Below are positions 10,075-19,780 of a stretch of DNA of 64,000 bases, one piece after another. The notes under the pieces were generated by a model. It saw only the letters and a program-made list of their open reading frames with translations. It did no database searches and was not told the origin of the DNA. Origin of the DNA: Candidatus Firestoneibacteriota bacterium (GTDB lineage Bacteria > Oederibacteriota > D2-FULL-39-29 > JBBTED01); assembly GCA_038042445.1 (NCBI GenBank), contig JBBTED010000048.1, positions 1 to 64,000 of the forward strand. Reading direction: 5' to 3'. The translations under genes were made by a program, and so were the position numbers. The stretch's first letter is position 1; each line of letters opens with the position of its first letter.

Positions 10075-10136
10075 TAAAATAATGTGGAGAGTTTCTCCAA
10101 AATTAAGTTGCGAAATGATATAAATCCATTAAAATC

Positions 10137-10161
10137 GAGCAAACCTAAAGGTTTGCCCTAC
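10137..10161 (-). repeat. GTAG-type REP singlet
   Basis: Minus strand GTAG-G-GCAAACC-TTTA-GGTTTGC. Confidence 0.8.
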
Positions 10162-10281
10162 TTTTTATATTATATATATGAACAAAATAGCAGGTAATTT
10201 TGAAAAATGGGGAAATTCCACTTACATTTGTATTGACATTTCAAATTACATATTAAATAATACATCTGGAGGTGATGTTAA

Positions 10282-10566
10282 ATGATAACTGTAAAAGAAA
10301 ATACAACATTGGTTGGAATCACTGAATTGAGACACAAGATAGATGAAATTTTAGAAGTGACCAAAAAAAACAATGTAATAATTGAAAAAAGAAATAAACC
10401 AATTGCAGTGCTTTTTCCGATAGACGAATATATAAAAATTCAAGAGATATTAGATATGGTAGAAGATAAAATGTTTGGACATATTGCTAAAGAAAGATAT
10501 GAAAAAAGTTCTTCAAAAAATTATATTTCGTTAGAATCTGCCAAGAAAAAGGTCGGAATAAAATAA
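10282..10566 (+). CDS. Phd/YefM-family antitoxin
   Basis: VGITELR...IL......VIIEKRNKPIAVL motif; SD GGAGGTG; TTGACA at 10233-10238. Confidence 0.88.
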   Translation: MITVKENTTLVGITELRHKIDEILEVTKKNNVIIEKRNKPIAVLFPIDEYIKIQEILDMVEDKMFGHIAKERYEKSSSKNYISLESAKKKVGIK

Positions 10567-10868
10567 TGTGGAATATTGAAATACATACTTTAGTCTTTGA
10601 AGAAGATTTTAAGAAAATAGACTCCTCTATGCAACAAGTAATTCTAAAAGCCATAGAAAAAAAATTAAGTGTAGATCCAGAAAATTATGGTACACCATTA
10701 AGAAATGAATTAAAAGGTTTCTGGAAACTGCCAATATCAAATTATCGCGTTATTTACAGGATAGAAAAACAACAAGTAAAAATTCTGGTTGTTAAAATTG
10801 GAATAAGAAGAGATTTTGAGGTTTACAAAGAAATGATTCCACGAATGAAAAAATTATTCATTTCATGA
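10566..10868 (+). CDS. RelE/ParE-family toxin
   Basis: G.PLR.ELKGFWKL.ISNYRVIYRI...V.IG.RR..VY; TAATG overlap with the antitoxin. Confidence 0.9.
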   Translation: MWNIEIHTLVFEEDFKKIDSSMQQVILKAIEKKLSVDPENYGTPLRNELKGFWKLPISNYRVIYRIEKQQVKILVVKIGIRRDFEVYKEMIPRMKKLFIS

Positions 10869-12364
10869 AAAATTTTTTAAAGTGTATTATCATATTATTT
10901 TTAACCTGTTCTGCAAACTATAGTTTTGCTGGACCTGAAATACGGCTTAATAAAATTGCATTTGATTTTGGGGATGTATCCTCTGACAAAATATTAGAAG
11001 ATACGCTTATATTTAAAAATACGGGTGATGAGGTTTTAAAACTAAAGGCGCGTGTATCTTGTGAATGTGTTCAAATAAAACCAGAAACTTTTGATATTAA
11101 AAAAGGAGCTATTGCTAAAGCAAAAGTTACATTTAATCCTGCAAAATACTCTAAAAAAGTCACATTTTATATTTTTGTTGATACAAATACTACACCTTCT
11201 TATGTTACACTTCCTATTTATGCAAATATAATCAAAACAAAAAACATTTTGCCAAAAGCGAATATTACACCAGAAAAAAGCAGTGAATTATCAACACCTT
11301 ATGAACTTGCAATCTTTTACACTTTAAATTGTCAGTATTGCAGAGATTTAAAAGAAAAAATAATTCCTGAACTAGAAACAAAAAATAAAATTTACATAAA
11401 AATATTTTCTTATCCTTTAAATGAACCAGAGAATTATGAAAAATTGTTATTTCTTGAGGAAAAGCTACAGGATAAAAATAATAAGATGCCTGCACTATTA
11501 ATAAATGGTAAATTACTTGGAAAAGATGAAATAGAAAAAGATTTTGAAAATGAATTAAACAAATATATAGGCAATAAAAATATTGTGCCAATTTTGGAAT
11601 TATTTAAAGATTTTAAAAGCAGTGATGCCAATAAATTATTCAGTGGAAAATACAAACCACTTAAATTTATTCCAGTTATTTTAGCAGGACTACTTGATGG
11701 AATAAATCCCTGTGCATTTACAACACTCATTTTTTTACTATCATATTTAACGTTTGCAGGAAAACAAAAAAAAGAAATACTTCTCACAGGCATAGCATTT
11801 ACTTTAGCTGTTTTTGTTACATATTTCATAGTTGGATTAGGTGGTTTTAGTTTAATACAATCTCTCTCCTCTTTTGCCATTATTTCAAAAACAATAAAAT
11901 GGATAGGCGTATTATTTGCTTTTATAATTGGGATTTTAAATTTCTATGATTATTACCTTTATAAAAAAGGTAAAATTAGTGATAACATATTGCAATTACC
12001 AAAATTTCTAAAATTAAAAATTCATGAAAAAATCAGAGAAACATCTAAAAGTAAATTATATTTTACTTCTGCATTTGTATTAGGGTTATTGGTTTCGCTT
12101 TTTGAACTTGCCTGCACCGGGCAAGTGTATCTGCCAACAATAGTATATATTGTAAAGGCAACACCATTTAAAGTTTATGGAATAGCATATCTTTTATTAT
12201 ACAATTTAATGTTTATATTGCCACTTTTGATAGTTTTCCTGCTTGTTTATTATGGTGTCACATCTGAAAAATTAAGCAGTATATTCAAAGTGCATTTAGG
12301 CAAAATTAAAATTTCACTTGGTATTTTCTTTATATCATTAGCAATACTGATATTATTTTTATGA
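10865..12364 (+). CDS. Fusion of DUF1573 Ig-like, thioredoxin-like (CxxC) and CcdA/DsbD transmembrane domains
   Basis: Signal peptide; FDFGDV..FKNTG..VSCEC; FYTLNCQYC; GLLDGINPCAF and FELACTGQVY in a multi-TM C-terminus. Confidence 0.8.
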   Translation: MKNFLKCIIILFLTCSANYSFAGPEIRLNKIAFDFGDVSSDKILEDTLIFKNTGDEVLKLKARVSCECVQIKPETFDIKKGAIAKAKVTFNPAKYSKKVTFYIFVDTNTTPSYVTLPIYANIIKTKNILPKANITPEKSSELSTPYELAIFYTLNCQYCRDLKEKIIPELETKNKIYIKIFSYPLNEPENYEKLLFLEEKLQDKNNKMPALLINGKLLGKDEIEKDFENELNKYIGNKNIVPILELFKDFKSSDANKLFSGKYKPLKFIPVILAGLLDGINPCAFTTLIFLLSYLTFAGKQKKEILLTGIAFTLAVFVTYFIVGLGGFSLIQSLSSFAIISKTIKWIGVLFAFIIGILNFYDYYLYKKGKISDNILQLPKFLKLKIHEKIRETSKSKLYFTSAFVLGLLVSLFELACTGQVYLPTIVYIVKATPFKVYGIAYLLLYNLMFILPLLIVFLLVYYGVTSEKLSSIFKVHLGKIKISLGIFFISLAILILFL

Positions 12365-13044
12365 TTAAACGTATAGCAATTCCTTTTATAATATTTCTTG
12401 TGTTATTACTTTTACTAAAAAATATAGTTTTTTCTATAATAATTTCTGTGGTGATTATTTTCATTGTTCCACGTTATCTTGAAGCACGTAAGTCAAAAGA
12501 ATATTTACAAAAATTTGAGCAGGAACTTGCAGATGGCTTTGATTTGATTGCAAACTCAATGCGTGCAGGAAATGCATTTGTGCAGGCAATAAATGTATTA
12601 ACTTCTGAAACACAAGGCCCATTAGCCAAAGAATTTAAAACTGTATTACAGGAAAATAAATTAGGGATGCCTTTAGATGAATCCCTTTTAAAAATGCAGG
12701 AACGCGTTAAAAGCGAAGAACTGAATTTGGCAATTACTGCTGTTCTTGTAACAAAAGAAAGTGGCGGAAATATAGCAGAAATATTAAAAAAGATTTCATC
12801 TACCATACGAGAAAGACAAAAACTGCGCGCAAGAATTGATACTTTAACTGCCCAAGGACGTTTGTCCGGAATTGTAGTAGGACTTCTTCCATTTTTTTTA
12901 GCTTTTGCGATATATTTAATAGACCCTGGATTGATTTCGCCAATGTTTAACACCACACTTGGATTAATATTAATTTGCATTGCATTAATAATGGAACTTC
13001 TTGGTGCCTTTTTTATAAAAAAGGTGGTTGAAATAGAAATATGA
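12361..13044 (+). CDS. tadB: Tad pilus assembly protein TadB (T2SSF family)
   Basis: L.D..DL.ANSMRAG, ESGGNIAEIL and TLTAQGRLSG motifs. Confidence 0.88.
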   Translation: MIKRIAIPFIIFLVLLLLLKNIVFSIIISVVIIFIVPRYLEARKSKEYLQKFEQELADGFDLIANSMRAGNAFVQAINVLTSETQGPLAKEFKTVLQENKLGMPLDESLLKMQERVKSEELNLAITAVLVTKESGGNIAEILKKISSTIRERQKLRARIDTLTAQGRLSGIVVGLLPFFLAFAIYLIDPGLISPMFNTTLGLILICIALIMELLGAFFIKKVVEIEI

Positions 13045-13931
13045 TTATTTTAATACTTATATTGATTTTTGCCAGTTTTTTTCTTTTTGTGTTAGTTTTT
13101 CAGGAAATCAAAATTAAAAATTTAAATTTAGCACGTTTTAAATTTGCAACTAAAGATATAATAAATGGAATTAATTCTACAGATAAACAAATCAGTGTGT
13201 ATGAAAAATCTATTTATCCTCTTATTAAAAAATTATCTCCTGTACTTGGTAAAAAATTCCCTAAAATATATAAAGAAAAGCTTGAAAACCAGTTAAAATA
13301 TTTTAAAAATGTATACAAATTCAATACAGATGAATTTATAGTTTTTAAATATCTGGCTGCTTTATTTGGAGCTTTTGCATCTATTGTAGTTTTTGAAAAC
13401 AGCTTATTGCCATTTATAATATTAATCTCTCTTGGATTTTTTATGCCTGATATCTGGCTCAAGGAAAAAATCACTATAAAGAAAAATTTGATTTTGCGTT
13501 CTTTACCTACAACACTGGATTTATTAACTGCTTGTGTAGAAGCTGGATTAAGTTTAGATGCCGGAATACATAAACTCGTTGAAAAAAGCAAACGCAGTCC
13601 TATTATTGAAGAATTTGCACAGCTTTTACAGGAATTACGATTAGGTAAACCCAGAATGGATGCACTTATAGATATGAAACTGCGTATTGATATTCCTGAA
13701 TTTTCATCATTTGTATCAAGTATCATTCAAACACAAAAATTTGGCACAAGTATAGCTGAAGCATTAAAAATGCAGGCTGAGGAATCGCGACTTAAACGTT
13801 TTCAACGTGTTGAAAAATCTGCAATGGAAATGCCTGTAAAGTTGTTATTTCCATTGATTGTTTTTATATTTCCCACAACTTTCATAATGCTTTTTGGCCC
13901 AATAATAATTCAGTTGCTTAAAACATTTTAA
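13041..13931 (+). CDS. tadC: Tad pilus assembly protein TadC (T2SSF family)
   Basis: LP..LDLL..CVEAGLSLD, FGTSIAEAL and PVKLLFPLIVFIFP motifs. Confidence 0.88.
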   Translation: MIILILILIFASFFLFVLVFQEIKIKNLNLARFKFATKDIINGINSTDKQISVYEKSIYPLIKKLSPVLGKKFPKIYKEKLENQLKYFKNVYKFNTDEFIVFKYLAALFGAFASIVVFENSLLPFIILISLGFFMPDIWLKEKITIKKNLILRSLPTTLDLLTACVEAGLSLDAGIHKLVEKSKRSPIIEEFAQLLQELRLGKPRMDALIDMKLRIDIPEFSSFVSSIIQTQKFGTSIAEALKMQAEESRLKRFQRVEKSAMEMPVKLLFPLIVFIFPTTFIMLFGPIIIQLLKTF

Positions 13932-14020
13932 AACAAAACAAAATTTTACATTGACAGTATTTTTTTTTGTGTTAATATATATATAAGGGTTACTATGCCT
14001 TAATAAGGAGAAGATAATTT

Positions 14021-15265
14021 ATGATAAAAAAATACGTTAGATTATATTTGTTAGCTTTAGTTTTAATATTTATTTCAGATGTTGGATATAGCAGTGAAAA
14101 AATCTCTATGGCTGTATTAGATATGGATGCAAACAATGTATCAGCAATGACATCCGCAACAGTAACTGATCTTTTAAGAACTGAACTTTTTAATACAGGA
14201 AGATTTACTGTTGCAGAGCGTAAAAATATGGATAAAATTTTAAAAGAGCAAACATTTCAGCAGGCAGGTTGCACAGATACAGAATGTGCTGTTGAAGTAG
14301 GTAAACTTTTAAATATCAATCAAATTGCAGTAGGAAGTGTAAGCAAACTCGGTGAGAAATATTTAATAAACATAAGAATGGTTGATGTAGAAAAAGGCTC
14401 CGTCCTATTAGCAGAATCCATTCAATGCGATTCTGAAGATAAACTTGGTGAAGCAGTTAAAACTTTGGCATTTAATGTAAGCAAAAGAGTTCCTGTAATT
14501 GGTAAAATCTTATATGTAAGTGGAGAAGAAGTAATTATAAATGTTGGAGCAGCTGACGAGGTCCGAGTAGGAATGAAATTTGGAGTTGAAAGATTAGGCC
14601 AGGCAATTAAAGATGACAAAGGAAAAGTCATTATGCAGGAAAAAGATAGAGTTGCAGAAATAGAATTAATTTCAGTTGATAATGAAGCATCTAAAGCAAA
14701 AATAATAAACAAGAAAAAAGATGTCGTAACAGGAGATACAGTCCGAATTGCTGAAGCTGAGCTAATAAAACGTGAAGTAAAAAAATCTGTACCTGCAGAA
14801 AAATTGGTTGAACCAAAAAAAGAAATTGGTGTAGTAGTCCCAACTGAAAAAAGCGCTGGCGGTGCTGCACTTCGTTCTCTAATAATACCAGGATGGGGAC
14901 AATTTTATAGTGATCGCACTATTATGGGTATTGTCTATTTAGGTATTGAAGCACTTATGATAACAAATGCTGTTAGTAAATACACTGAGTATGACGGCGA
15001 TTATCAAAAGTATAAGGGAGAAACTAACCCTACTCTCATTAATGAATATTATAATAAAGCAAATACTGCATATTCCGATTTTACAAATGTAGTTTCAGGA
15101 ATTATGATTGTATGGGTAATAAATGTTGTAGATTCATTTATATTCTTTCCAGCGCAAACTACTTCTACAAGTGCATTGCCATATAATAAAAATGGTTTAT
15201 GTTTAGATGTAATACCAAAACATAGCGACATAGCTTTAGATTTTTCGTATAAATTAAGATTTTAA
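14021..15265 (+). CDS. Exported CsgG/HfaB-like protein with FlgT_C-like and DUF5683-like domains
   Basis: Signal peptide; AVLD...F.V.ER..MDKILKEQ...GC...CAVEVGKLL; RSLIIPGWGQFY. TTGACA at 13951. Confidence 0.7.
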   Translation: MIKKYVRLYLLALVLIFISDVGYSSEKISMAVLDMDANNVSAMTSATVTDLLRTELFNTGRFTVAERKNMDKILKEQTFQQAGCTDTECAVEVGKLLNINQIAVGSVSKLGEKYLINIRMVDVEKGSVLLAESIQCDSEDKLGEAVKTLAFNVSKRVPVIGKILYVSGEEVIINVGAADEVRVGMKFGVERLGQAIKDDKGKVIMQEKDRVAEIELISVDNEASKAKIINKKKDVVTGDTVRIAEAELIKREVKKSVPAEKLVEPKKEIGVVVPTEKSAGGAALRSLIIPGWGQFYSDRTIMGIVYLGIEALMITNAVSKYTEYDGDYQKYKGETNPTLINEYYNKANTAYSDFTNVVSGIMIVWVINVVDSFIFFPAQTTSTSALPYNKNGLCLDVIPKHSDIALDFSYKLRF

Positions 15266-15270
15266 TTTAA

Positions 15271-15349
15271 GGTAGTCGCAGGCTTTAGCCTGCGATTTTT
15301 CAAACTAAAATATGTATTCTTTGTCCGCAGGCTAAAGCCTGCGACTACC
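15271..15349. repeat. REPIN (inverted pair of GTAG REPs)
   Basis: GGTAGTCGCAGGCTTTAGCCTGCG followed by its exact reverse complement across a 31 bp spacer. Confidence 0.9.
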
Positions 15350-15378
15350 AAAAAAATAAATAAATTGGAGAGTAAACC

Positions 15379-16719
15379 ATGCATACAACAAAAACAGTTT
15401 TAACATATATAAGTCTGGCAATATTCATTTCATTAATATCCAGTTGTGCAAAGAAAAATTTAGACAGAACTAATCCACTTGATCCACAAAATCCTAAAAA
15501 AGCTAATGTGTCAGGTAGAACTTATGCTGCTGCAACACAAACAATACAACTTTCTTCTACTGCCAATTATTCAACTGCTATAGCAAGTGTAAGTGTTTCC
15601 ATAACTTCAAGTGATAATAAATCACTAACAACTACATCTTCTTCTACTGGTGCTTATTCATTCACAGATATAACTCCTGGAATATATAAATTTTTAGCTA
15701 CAAAAACTGGGTATACTGATAAAGAACAAACAAATGTTCAAGTAAAAGCTGAAGCTGATAATGTTGTTGATTTAACTTTAGATGCTGTAGTTCCAACTAC
15801 TACTACAACTACCACTACTACTGCAACTAATGGTAAAATATCAGGTAAAGTTGTAGATAATTATGGTTCACCACTTATAAATGCTACTGTATCAATAACA
15901 CCTGCATCTGGTAGCTCTCCCAGTGCAACCACTGATGCTTTAGGTGCTTTCACAATAAATGATGTTCCAGCTGGAACTTACAGCGCTACTACAGCACGTA
16001 GATTTTTTCAAAGCTACAGCACAACAGGTATAACAGTTACATCTGGTCAAACCACAACTTTATCTTCTGATATAGCATTAAGTGTAGGAAACGGAAGTGG
16101 AAGTTTCAGTGAAAACTTTGCTTCTGCGCTTTCCGCCAATTGGCAAAAAGATACAACTGAAGAACCAGATATAAGTATATATGACGCCATAGCAAATGGA
16201 TATATAGGCCAGATGGAAACTTTCATGGCATGGGCAATTTCTTTATTAAATACTCATGGTTATTTAAGAAGATCTATAACCCCTACACTAACAAAAGCAA
16301 GAATCGAAGCTTTTATATCAAAAGGTTATTCTGACAATGGTGAAATTTTAGTTTCATTTACAGATTATTATAATACCAATATTATAGGAGTAGGAATTTA
16401 TGGAACTGGTTCAGGTGGAAATTCTAAACTTCAATATAAAAATGGTTCTACATATACTGATATTTCTACTGGTGCTATTGCACAACCAAATACTTGGTAT
16501 AGAGTAATAATAGAAATGGATGCTTCAACAAAAAAAGCTAATATATATGTAAATGAAATACCTACATTTGCTACTTATAAATATTCAGCTACTGACATTG
16601 CTGTATCATCATCTTCTCCTTATATTGAAAAAATTCAGATTAGTGCTGGTCCAACTGTCAATGTAAATTCAGGTTCAGTAACATGGTATCTTGATGAACT
16701 TGTCCTATCTCCAGAATAA
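15379..16719 (+). CDS. Lipoprotein with two carboxypeptidase-regulatory-like domains, poly-Thr linker and C-terminal beta-sandwich (paralog 1)
   Basis: Lipobox LISSC, RTNPLDP, two G.ISGKV...G.Y..repeats, and a TTTTTTTT linker. Confidence 0.8.
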   Translation: MHTTKTVLTYISLAIFISLISSCAKKNLDRTNPLDPQNPKKANVSGRTYAAATQTIQLSSTANYSTAIASVSVSITSSDNKSLTTTSSSTGAYSFTDITPGIYKFLATKTGYTDKEQTNVQVKAEADNVVDLTLDAVVPTTTTTTTTTATNGKISGKVVDNYGSPLINATVSITPASGSSPSATTDALGAFTINDVPAGTYSATTARRFFQSYSTTGITVTSGQTTTLSSDIALSVGNGSGSFSENFASALSANWQKDTTEEPDISIYDAIANGYIGQMETFMAWAISLLNTHGYLRRSITPTLTKARIEAFISKGYSDNGEILVSFTDYYNTNIIGVGIYGTGSGGNSKLQYKNGSTYTDISTGAIAQPNTWYRVIIEMDASTKKANIYVNEIPTFATYKYSATDIAVSSSSPYIEKIQISAGPTVNVNSGSVTWYLDELVLSPE

Positions 16720-16737
16720 TAGAATAGAGGAAAAATT

Positions 16738-18090
16738 ATGTATACAAAAAAAACAGTTTTAAAATATATAAGTCTTGCAATATTTATTTCATTAATATCC
16801 AGTTGTGCAAAGAAAAATTTAGATCGCACTAACCCACTTGATCCGCAAAACCCTAAAAAAGCTAATGTGTCAGGTAAAGTTTATGATTCTGCAACACAAA
16901 CAATACAACTTTCTTCTGCTGCCAATTATTCAACTGCCATAGCAAGTGTAAGTGTTTCCATAACTTCAAGTGATAATAAATCACTAACAACTACATCTTC
17001 TTCTACTGGAAATTATTCATTCGCAGATTTAACTCCTGGAATATATAAATTATTAGCTTCAAAAACTGGGTATACTGATAAAGAACAAACAAATGTTCAA
17101 GTTAAAGCTGAAGCAGATAATGTTGTTGACTTAGCTTTAGATGCTGTAGTTCCAACTACTACTACCACCACTACGACTACAACAACTACTACTACCAATG
17201 GTAAAATATCAGGTAAAGTTACAGATAATTATGGCTCACCACTTGTAAATGCTACTGTATCAATAACGCCTGCATCCGGTAGCTCTCCCACTGCAACTAC
17301 TGATGCTTTAGGTGCTTTCACAATAAATGATGTTCCAGCTGGAACTTATAGTGCTACTACAACACGTAGTTTTTTCAAAAGCAACAGTACAACAAGTATA
17401 GTAGTTACATCTGGCCAAACCACAATTTTATCTTCTGATATAAAACTGAATTTAAGCGATGGCAATGGTAGTTTTAGTGAAACTTTTAATTATGGTATTT
17501 CTGGCAATTGGATACAAGATACAACTGAAGAACCTGATATGTTTATATATGATTATATATCTCCTGGATACAACAGTTTTATGGGAGAATTCTATGCAGG
17601 AGCAGTTTCTGTAGCAGGCAGTCGTGCTTATATACGAAGATTCATAAACCCAACTTTACAAAAAGCCAGAGTTGAAGCTTTTATAAAAAGAGGCTGGTCT
17701 GACAATGGAGAAATCCTTATTTCATTTGTAGAATCCGCTACAAATACCCATATTATAGGCGTAGGAATGTATGGAACTGATCTTGGTTCAAATTCACGTT
17801 TTGTATATAAAAATAGTTATACATATACAGATGTTTCTACTGGTGCTGTTGCATTTGCAGATACATGGTACAGAGTAATAATAGAAATGGATATGACAAC
17901 AAAAAAAGCTAATATATATGTAAATGAAACACCTACATTTGCCACCTATAAATACTCAGCTACTGATATTACTGTATCAACATTTTATAGCAGTATTGCT
18001 AAAATTCAGATTAGTGCTGGTCCATTTACCACTATAAATGCAGGCTCCGTATATTGGTATTTTGATGAATTTGTAGTAGTCCCAGAATAA
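16738..18090 (+). CDS. Tandem paralog 2 of the preceding lipoprotein
   Basis: Near-identical N-terminal half, longer poly-Thr linker, diverged C-terminal domain. Confidence 0.8.
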   Translation: MYTKKTVLKYISLAIFISLISSCAKKNLDRTNPLDPQNPKKANVSGKVYDSATQTIQLSSAANYSTAIASVSVSITSSDNKSLTTTSSSTGNYSFADLTPGIYKLLASKTGYTDKEQTNVQVKAEADNVVDLALDAVVPTTTTTTTTTTTTTTNGKISGKVTDNYGSPLVNATVSITPASGSSPTATTDALGAFTINDVPAGTYSATTTRSFFKSNSTTSIVVTSGQTTILSSDIKLNLSDGNGSFSETFNYGISGNWIQDTTEEPDMFIYDYISPGYNSFMGEFYAGAVSVAGSRAYIRRFINPTLQKARVEAFIKRGWSDNGEILISFVESATNTHIIGVGMYGTDLGSNSRFVYKNSYTYTDVSTGAVAFADTWYRVIIEMDMTTKKANIYVNETPTFATYKYSATDITVSTFYSSIAKIQISAGPFTTINAGSVYWYFDEFVVVPE

Positions 18091-18156
18091 TACTATTCCA
18101 TAGTAATTTTTTCCATATAGTTTTTTATTCCATTTCCATTTATTCCATTTTCGCCC

Positions 18157-18186
18157 TTGACATTTATATATAATAGAAAATATAAT
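18157..18186 (+). promoter_or_regulatory. Putative guaB promoter
   Basis: TTGACA-18 bp-TATAAT; SD GGAGGT before ATG 18224. Confidence 0.6.
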
Positions 18187-18223
18187 AGTTTTAAACAGTT
18201 TAAAACATACTGGAGGTATTTAT

Positions 18224-19687
18224 ATGAAAACAATATATGAAAAAGTTGGGCTGACTTTTGACGATGTACTTCTTATACCAGGCAAATCTGATATTTTACC
18301 TATAGATATTGATACGCATACCTATTTAACACGTAATATAAAACTTAATATACCGCTTGTCAGTGCAGCAATGGATACAGTCACAGAATCACGGCTTGCT
18401 ATAGCATTAGCACAGGAAGGCGGTATTGGAATAATACATAAAAATATGCCCATCAAAGAACAAGCTGCAGAAGTTGATAAGGTAAAAAGGTATCAAAGTG
18501 GTATGATTGTTGATCCTGTAACATTATCTCCTGATAAATCAATAAAAGAAGCTCTTGATATAATGAGCCAGTATAGAATATCAGGTGTTCCAATTACAGA
18601 AAATGGAAAACTTGTAGGCATACTTACAAACAGGGACTTAAGATTTGTAAAAAAATTAAATGGTCTGATTTCAGAATATATGACAAAGGAAAATTTAATA
18701 ACAGTGCCTATAGGTACTACTTTAGAAGAAGCACAGGAAATTTTGCATAAAAACAGAATTGAAAAACTTCCAGTAGTAGACAAAGACAACGTGCTAAAAG
18801 GTTTAATCACAATAAAAGATATAGAGAAAAAAGTGAAATATCCTAATGCCTGCAAAGACAAACTCGGAAGATTAAAAGTTGGCGCATCAGTTGGAACAGC
18901 TTCTGATACTGAAGAAAGAGCCGAGGCTCTTGTAAAATCCGGAATTGATGTATTAGTCATAGATACAGCACATGGACATTCTGCAAAAGTAATTTCTACA
19001 TTAAAAAAACTCAGAGCAAAATATAAAAAGCTGGATATTGTCGCAGGAAATATAGCTACAGCAGAGGCTACGCGTGAGCTTATAAATAGTGGAGCTGATG
19101 CAGTAAAAGTAGGTATAGGTCCAGGTTCTATTTGCACTACCAGAATAATTGCAGGAATAGGTGTACCCCAAATAACTGCAATATATGAATGTGTTGGCAT
19201 TGCAAATAAATATAAAATCCCTGTAATTGCAGATGGCGGAATAAAATATTCAGGAGACATAACCAAAGCTATAGCTGCTGGAGCTGCTTGTGTGATGGTT
19301 GGAAATCTTTTTGCTGGAACAGATGAAAGCCCAGGCGAAACTGTATTTTTGGAAGGCAGACGTTTTAAAATATATCATGCAATGGGCTCATTAGCTGCAA
19401 TGAAAAGAGGAAGCAAAGACAGATACTTTCAGGATAGCATAAAAGAAGAAAGCAAACTTGTCCCTGAAGGTGTAGAAGGCAGAGTTCCATATCGCGGCTC
19501 TTTGCCTGGATGCGTTCTTCAGCTTATTGGTGGTTTAAAAGCTGGTATGGGTTATGTAGGTGCGCATAATATAAAAGAACTCCAGACTAAAACAAAATTT
19601 ATCCGAATAACACCTGCAGGACTTCAGGAAAGCCATCCACACAATATTACTTTAACTGCTGAACCACCCAATTACTGGCTCGGATAA
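18224..19687 (+). CDS. guaB: IMP dehydrogenase
   Basis: [20 protein letters not shown] pair, [11 protein letters not shown] and IADGGI motifs. Confidence 0.98.
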   Translation: MKTIYEKVGLTFDDVLLIPGKSDILPIDIDTHTYLTRNIKLNIPLVSAAMDTVTESRLAIALAQEGGIGIIHKNMPIKEQAAEVDKVKRYQSGMIVDPVTLSPDKSIKEALDIMSQYRISGVPITENGKLVGILTNRDLRFVKKLNGLISEYMTKENLITVPIGTTLEEAQEILHKNRIEKLPVVDKDNVLKGLITIKDIEKKVKYPNACKDKLGRLKVGASVGTASDTEERAEALVKSGIDVLVIDTAHGHSAKVISTLKKLRAKYKKLDIVAGNIATAEATRELINSGADAVKVGIGPGSICTTRIIAGIGVPQITAIYECVGIANKYKIPVIADGGIKYSGDITKAIAAGAACVMVGNLFAGTDESPGETVFLEGRRFKIYHAMGSLAAMKRGSKDRYFQDSIKEESKLVPEGVEGRVPYRGSLPGCVLQLIGGLKAGMGYVGAHNIKELQTKTKFIRITPAGLQESHPHNITLTAEPPNYWLG

Positions 19688-19697
19688 AATTAAAAAT

Positions 19698-19754
19698 GGT
19701 AGTCGCAGGCTTTAGCCTGCGAAAAAAGACCGCAAGCTAAAGCTTGCGACTACC
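19698..19754. repeat. REPIN
   Basis: GTAGTCGCAGGC-TTTA-GCCTGCG, and on the minus strand GTAGTCGCAAGC-TTTA-GCTTGCG (compensatory change). Confidence 0.9.
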
Positions 19755-19780
19755 ACTACAGTAATGATAAATAATAACTT

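Noticed and set aside
15379..18090. Diversity-generating retroelement target/template pair
   Set aside because: No reverse transcriptase is present, both copies are full genes, and the differences are not confined to adenines.
18091..18150. Several TTCCAT motifs upstream of the guaB promoter; possible purine riboswitch
   Set aside because: Irregular spacing in AT-rich DNA, and no purine-riboswitch consensus between promoter and start.
18493..19266. 257 aa antisense ORF, plus the other shadow ORFs such as 37092-37628, 38505-39056 and 58853-59392
   Set aside because: They lie opposite well-supported genes, have no motifs and are explained by codon bias.
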